Positions 56,789-60,447 of a DNA stretch of 60,447 bases are shown piece after piece. Source of the DNA: a virus (taxonomy: Duplodnaviria; Caudoviricetes); the IMG/VR virus record IMGVR_UViG_3300025000_000108, positions 1 through 60,447 of that record. The stretch is one strand, 5' to 3'. The notes under the pieces were generated by a model, which was not told the origin of the DNA, did not search any database, and worked only from the letters and a program-made list of their open reading frames with translations. The position numbers were made by a program, and so were the translations under genes. Position 1 is the stretch's first letter. Each line of letters starts with the position of its first letter.

Positions 56789-56806
56789 AATAAACCATAG
56801 GTGCAA

Positions 56807-57178
56807 TTACACCCACATAAACCTCGCTTGTTTAATAGGACGAGATATTAATCTGGACTTAGTTTCAAAGATAGCATCTCCGAAGGTGAGTGCCAGCGAG
56901 TCGGCTATGTCTGGTGATTCGTAACCCATTTTCTTCAAGTCCTTCTTGGCTAATAGCTGTATCTGCATCTTGCTGTTATAAAAGTATTCCATCGAAGTTA
57001 GCTGAGATATTAAATTAGTTTCCCTATCTTTACTGTAAGTTGGAATATCAGCTCCGTTATGTAGCCAATCTTGTGCTAGCATTAAATGACCATAACCACC
57101 TGTCCATTTATTCTTTGTATCTAGATAGGGGTCTTTCTTGTAGCCTTCTGATTGAATAATAGAATCTATTAGCCCCAT
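56807..57178 (-). pseudogene. In-frame chimera: lysozyme N-terminal 39 aa fused to a terminase C-terminal 84 aa
   Basis: First 39 aa are identical to 55764..56234; the rest matches the end of 57421..58833 with 5 aa differences. Confidence 0.85.
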
Positions 57179-57430
57179 TTAGATAACCTCTAATCCTAGT
57201 CTTTTATAAAAGGAGACAAGATTTGTTACACTTATACTATTTTCTCTAGGTTCCGCTTGGATCTTTATAGGATCTTTTAACTTGGATGATGCTATTTCTA
57301 CTAGTTCTCTTGCTTTTCCTTGTCTTCTATATTTTTGAAACACATAAAGATTATAAATTATATTTAATTCCGTATCGTAATAGCAATATCCAAAATCAGT
57401 CAGTACATAGGTTTCTTCTCTCATACCCAC
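57179..57430 (-). CDS. GNAT acetyltransferase
   Basis: I.NLYV...YRRQGKA..L motif A; L..FYKRLG. Confidence 0.8.
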   Translation of the reverse strand: MGMREETYVLTDFGYCYYDTELNIIYNLYVFQKYRRQGKARELVEIASSKLKDPIKIQAEPRENSISVTNLVSFYKRLGLEVI

Positions 57431-58833
57431 ATAAACCTCGCTTGTTTAATAGGACGAGATATTAATCTGGACTTAGTTTCAAAGATAGCATCTCCGAAGG
57501 TGAGGGCTATAGCGTCAGCAATATCAGGAGACTCATACCCCATCTTCTTGAGGTCTTTCTTTGCCATAAGCTGTATCTGCATCTTGCTGTTATAAAAGTA
57601 CTGCATGGATGTTAATTGGGATGCTAGATTAGTTTCTCTGTCTTTACTGTAGGTAGGAATATCGGCACCATTGTGGAGCCAATCTTTCATCTTGCCCCAC
57701 AACTGACTACGCAAGTTACAATAAACATTAGGTTCAGTTGATTTATTAGATACAATAACTTCTGCTACTGGAAGCCTTAACTGCTTACAACGATCATAGG
57801 TTCCAGCACCTACTCCGATGGAGTCAATAAATATCTTGTGGCAATTATGTATTGCTTGATACTCTGACACCTTAGACGCCACTTCCATGGTGTCGAGTCC
57901 TTTGAAGGTTCTGAAGTCAAGTATCTTTGGTCCTTGTCGAACACAGAAACAGGTAGAGTCATCACCAAAGCGAGCGACATCAATTGAGCCGATTTTAGGA
58001 AAGTTATTGTAGCTCTGAGGGTGAATGATGTTTCTAATACACTCTTCAACCACCTCAGAGGAGATGAACTGTGCTACACCTACGCGAGGGAATTTACCTT
58101 CTACACGCATTCTGTATAAATCGCTGTCAGTGCCGTATGTTTCGGCCATTTCAGCGATCCATGTCGCATTTACATTTGGGCTATCCTTCGCAGAGAAGTG
58201 AAGTTTAGTCCACCCTTGTAGATCCCTAGAGAACACTTCATAATAGCGTCCACTCGATCTAACTGGATTACTTACAAGGATGAATCTACCACCATTACCT
58301 GTAGATAAGGTCCCTAATAAGATGTCAAAAACTTCCTCAGTAACACCAGAGGCTTCGTCAATTATCGCGCAGTACGATTCGGAGTGTCCTCCTTGAAGCG
58401 ACTCTTTATTATCAACACTTGCTGTTATTAAGTTTGCTACTTGTACATACTTACTTGATCCTGTGTAGTCTATTCTCTCTCTGGTTATATTAAATAACTC
58501 TTGCAACTGAGGGATCATTCTTCTGTACATCTTAGTTACTTCGGAGTACATAACCCTTGATAATTGCTGGAAAGAAGGGGATGTGAGAAGTACTCTGCAA
58601 TCGGGTAAGATGATTAGATATAATAGAGTCATCATAGCAACACAGCAGGTCTTACCTGTCCCTGTTGCAGAAGCTACTGCTACCCTACATCTAGGGTCTT
58701 CGGCAGCCCTTACAAGCTGCTTTTGCTGATCTGTTAAACGGATCGAGAATATTGATTCTATTGCTGATACATGATCTTTAGACCAAGCAAGTATCAGTTG
58801 GCTGAACTCCTCTTGAGTTAAAGATCTAGGCAT
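57421..58833 (-). CDS. terL: Terminase large subunit
   Basis: Walker A ATGTGKT, Walker B IIDEASG, SNP coupling motif, G.FP, nuclease DVARFGDD, SPD.AD. Confidence 0.95.
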   Translation of the reverse strand: MPRSLTQEEFSQLILAWSKDHVSAIESIFSIRLTDQQKQLVRAAEDPRCRVAVASATGTGKTCCVAMMTLLYLIILPDCRVLLTSPSFQQLSRVMYSEVTKMYRRMIPQLQELFNITRERIDYTGSSKYVQVANLITASVDNKESLQGGHSESYCAIIDEASGVTEEVFDILLGTLSTGNGGRFILVSNPVRSSGRYYEVFSRDLQGWTKLHFSAKDSPNVNATWIAEMAETYGTDSDLYRMRVEGKFPRVGVAQFISSEVVEECIRNIIHPQSYNNFPKIGSIDVARFGDDSTCFCVRQGPKILDFRTFKGLDTMEVASKVSEYQAIHNCHKIFIDSIGVGAGTYDRCKQLRLPVAEVIVSNKSTEPNVYCNLRSQLWGKMKDWLHNGADIPTYSKDRETNLASQLTSMQYFYNSKMQIQLMAKKDLKKMGYESPDIADAIALTFGDAIFETKSRLISRPIKQARFMWV

Positions 58834-59479
58834 TATTATATTCCTCTAAATAAGAGATAGCAGCCTCAAGTGAGTTTATATTCTCTTTAAAAGAGCCTAA
58901 TGCAGAGTTACATCTGACACACAATAAACCTCTTGTCTTACCAGTACTGTGATTATGATCTATCATGTAAGATCTCTTACTATCAGGGTAGACTAAAGAG
59001 TCACCACATATTGCACAACACCCTAACTGTTTATTCATCTTGTCTTGAATTTCTTCTATAGAAGAAGAATATGCCCTGCCTATTTGCTTTTCTCTTGTTT
59101 TTAATTTTTCTTCTGGACTTTTATATTTTCTTTTCTTTTCGTTAGATAAACTGTTAGAGTTTGCTCTCCTCCAAGATTTTCTTTGTTCTCTTATTTTTTC
59201 TTTATTATCTTGGTAATATTTTTTAGCACATGCCTTGCATTCATCTCTGAATCCATCGGCTTTCGTGTAATTTCTAAAAAAGTATTCTTCAGTTGATGGT
59301 AGTTCATTTTTGCATCTACAACATATTTTTCTATCCCTCTGTACAAAGATCTCTCTATTACTTGTACAGCAACTTTTACACCAAGAGTGTAGACCATCCT
59401 TGTGTGAGATGTCTCTCCAGAAATATTCTGGTAGTGCAGGTAATTCTCTCTTGCACTTACTACAAATCTTCGTATCCAA
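58826..59479 (-). CDS. Freestanding endonuclease VII-type (HNH) homing endonuclease with two zinc-finger repeats
   Basis: Two K.C..CK.ELP...EYF.R.....DG....CK.C repeats; CAIC, IDHNH.TG..RGLLC..CN..LG. Confidence 0.9.
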   Translation of the reverse strand: MDTKICSKCKRELPALPEYFWRDISHKDGLHSWCKSCCTSNREIFVQRDRKICCRCKNELPSTEEYFFRNYTKADGFRDECKACAKKYYQDNKEKIREQRKSWRRANSNSLSNEKKRKYKSPEEKLKTREKQIGRAYSSSIEEIQDKMNKQLGCCAICGDSLVYPDSKRSYMIDHNHSTGKTRGLLCVRCNSALGSFKENINSLEAAISYLEEYNNA

Positions 59480-59501
59480 TATTAGTTCTCCGTGTCTAAA
59501 C

Positions 59502-59574
59502 TAATCCTGTAAATAAGTTAAAACTAAGGGAAGAAAGCCAGGATTACTTTCTTATCGGGAGCTACCCTATCCCT
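59502..59574 (-). ncRNA. Candidate structured RNA (three-way junction with pseudoknot) in the leader of the homing endonuclease gene
   Basis: AGGGA/UCCCU closing stem; GGG-uagcu-CCC; AAGAAAG/CUUUCUU stem whose loop UAAUCCUG complements downstream CAGGAUUA. Confidence 0.55.
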
Positions 59575-60332
59575 CAATTAGTGCTATAAGTCTCTTCTTG
59601 ATTCTCTTTTCTGATAGGTCTAAGTAATCTATCAAGAGCATCATCAGAGTTAATAGACTCAACCTTAATATTCTCCTCCCAGACTCCCTGGGACTTACCG
59701 AGTAACTCAATAGACTTCAGTAAGGATGGGAGAACTTTTATATCTGGGTGATTCTTTAATCTCTCCACTAGCGATAACAGCTCTGACTGAAGATTCTTTT
59801 TACCTTCTGTCATCACAGTTAGTTTTTCTTTCTGTAATTCTCTGATACAAGCAGCTACATTACTTTTTCTTTTCAGGTAGAAAGATCTTATTCTGATAGC
59901 ATCTTGATAAGGACCAGGAGTATTGCTATTAAGACCAACAGCTAAACCAGAGTCAATAATACTCCTCTGTTCATCTCCATGACTAGTTACAAATTCAGCA
60001 TATAAGTACTCTTGATCTGTCAGAACACTATCATTCTCTTCTGACAGAAGTGCTAAGAACTCTTCATTGATCTTATCTGACCTAATAGACTCAGTTAAGA
60101 ACCTAAGCTTATCAGGACTCTTCTGAGAAGATAAGAGAGCTTTAGTTTCTATGATTGTCTGAAACTCCTTATATGTATCTCTAATAGTTTTCCTTACAGT
60201 ACTAGTAGATACCTGATACTTCTCTCCGATATCTTCATCTGACAACTTGCACTGTAGGTACTCTTCTATTATCTTCCATTTCTTCTGTAGGTCTAAGGTC
60301 TGTATGGTAGATCGGGTCTTTGTTATAGTCAT
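59574..60332 (-). CDS. Putative terminase small subunit
   Basis: N-terminal HTH, LTDQE..YAE, LKSIELLGK..G.W; first gene of the packaging module. Confidence 0.65.
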   Translation of the reverse strand: MTITKTRSTIQTLDLQKKWKIIEEYLQCKLSDEDIGEKYQVSTSTVRKTIRDTYKEFQTIIETKALLSSQKSPDKLRFLTESIRSDKINEEFLALLSEENDSVLTDQEYLYAEFVTSHGDEQRSIIDSGLAVGLNSNTPGPYQDAIRIRSFYLKRKSNVAACIRELQKEKLTVMTEGKKNLQSELLSLVERLKNHPDIKVLPSLLKSIELLGKSQGVWEENIKVESINSDDALDRLLRPIRKENQEETYSTN

Positions 60333-60447
60333 AAACTACTCTATTAGTAGAAAAAGAATAAAGCTTCGCAGGTTTCTACCTACTATATGCCGAACAGGGT
60401 TAGTTACGATATACAACAAGTACCTAATAGTACTAATAGAACTACTA

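Noticed and set aside
58826-59574. Endonuclease as part of an intron splitting the terminase
   Set aside because: TerL appears complete from its own start with Walker A, the upstream ORF ends normally, and no group I core was found, so it is treated as freestanding.
1-60447. Genome-wide stop-codon reassignment
   Set aside because: Core genes are full length in the standard code and end in TAA, TAG or TGA; the capsid break is explained by the intron; no suppressor tRNA was seen.
60330-60447. Direct or inverted terminal repeat with the left end
   Set aside because: No extended match to positions 1-200; only short TAGTACTA-type words are shared with ~345-365.

Overview
This window looks like a complete or near-complete ~60.4 kb lytic podovirus genome with a LUZ24/phiEco32/T7-supergroup-like layout. 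There is no RNA polymerase, integrase, tRNA or CRISPR array. Early and replication genes run on the + strand from ~1 to 30.2 kb: pyrimidine-dimer glycosylase, radical SAM enzyme, ATP-grasp/amidoligase/glutamine amidotransferase cluster, primase-helicase, split family A DNA polymerase, sigma-70-like factor, SSB, exonuclease, endonuclease I, dUTPase, ligase, ThyX-like protein and class II RNR. Packaging, virion and lysis genes run on the - strand from 60.3 to 30.3 kb, and the two arms meet at a bidirectional terminator. Standout observations: (1) a radical SAM gene translationally coupled to an unannotated 27-aa peptide ending GHCGGGHCS, a candidate phage RiPP system; (2) a group I intron carrying a double-motif LAGLIDADG endonuclease inside the major capsid gene; (3) a dispersed family of ~13 small ORFs sharing a C-terminal I-x-L-K/I-E/V motif, three of which sit between the two polymerase halves; (4) a lysozyme::terminase chimeric duplication whose terminase copy is heavily changed at synonymous sites; (5) an intein in a metallophosphoesterase; (6) a sigma region-2-like segment and an HExxH motif inside a 1848-aa virion protein; (7) several unexplained non-coding structured or repeated elements. 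All protein assignments come from motif recognition by eye; no database search was run.
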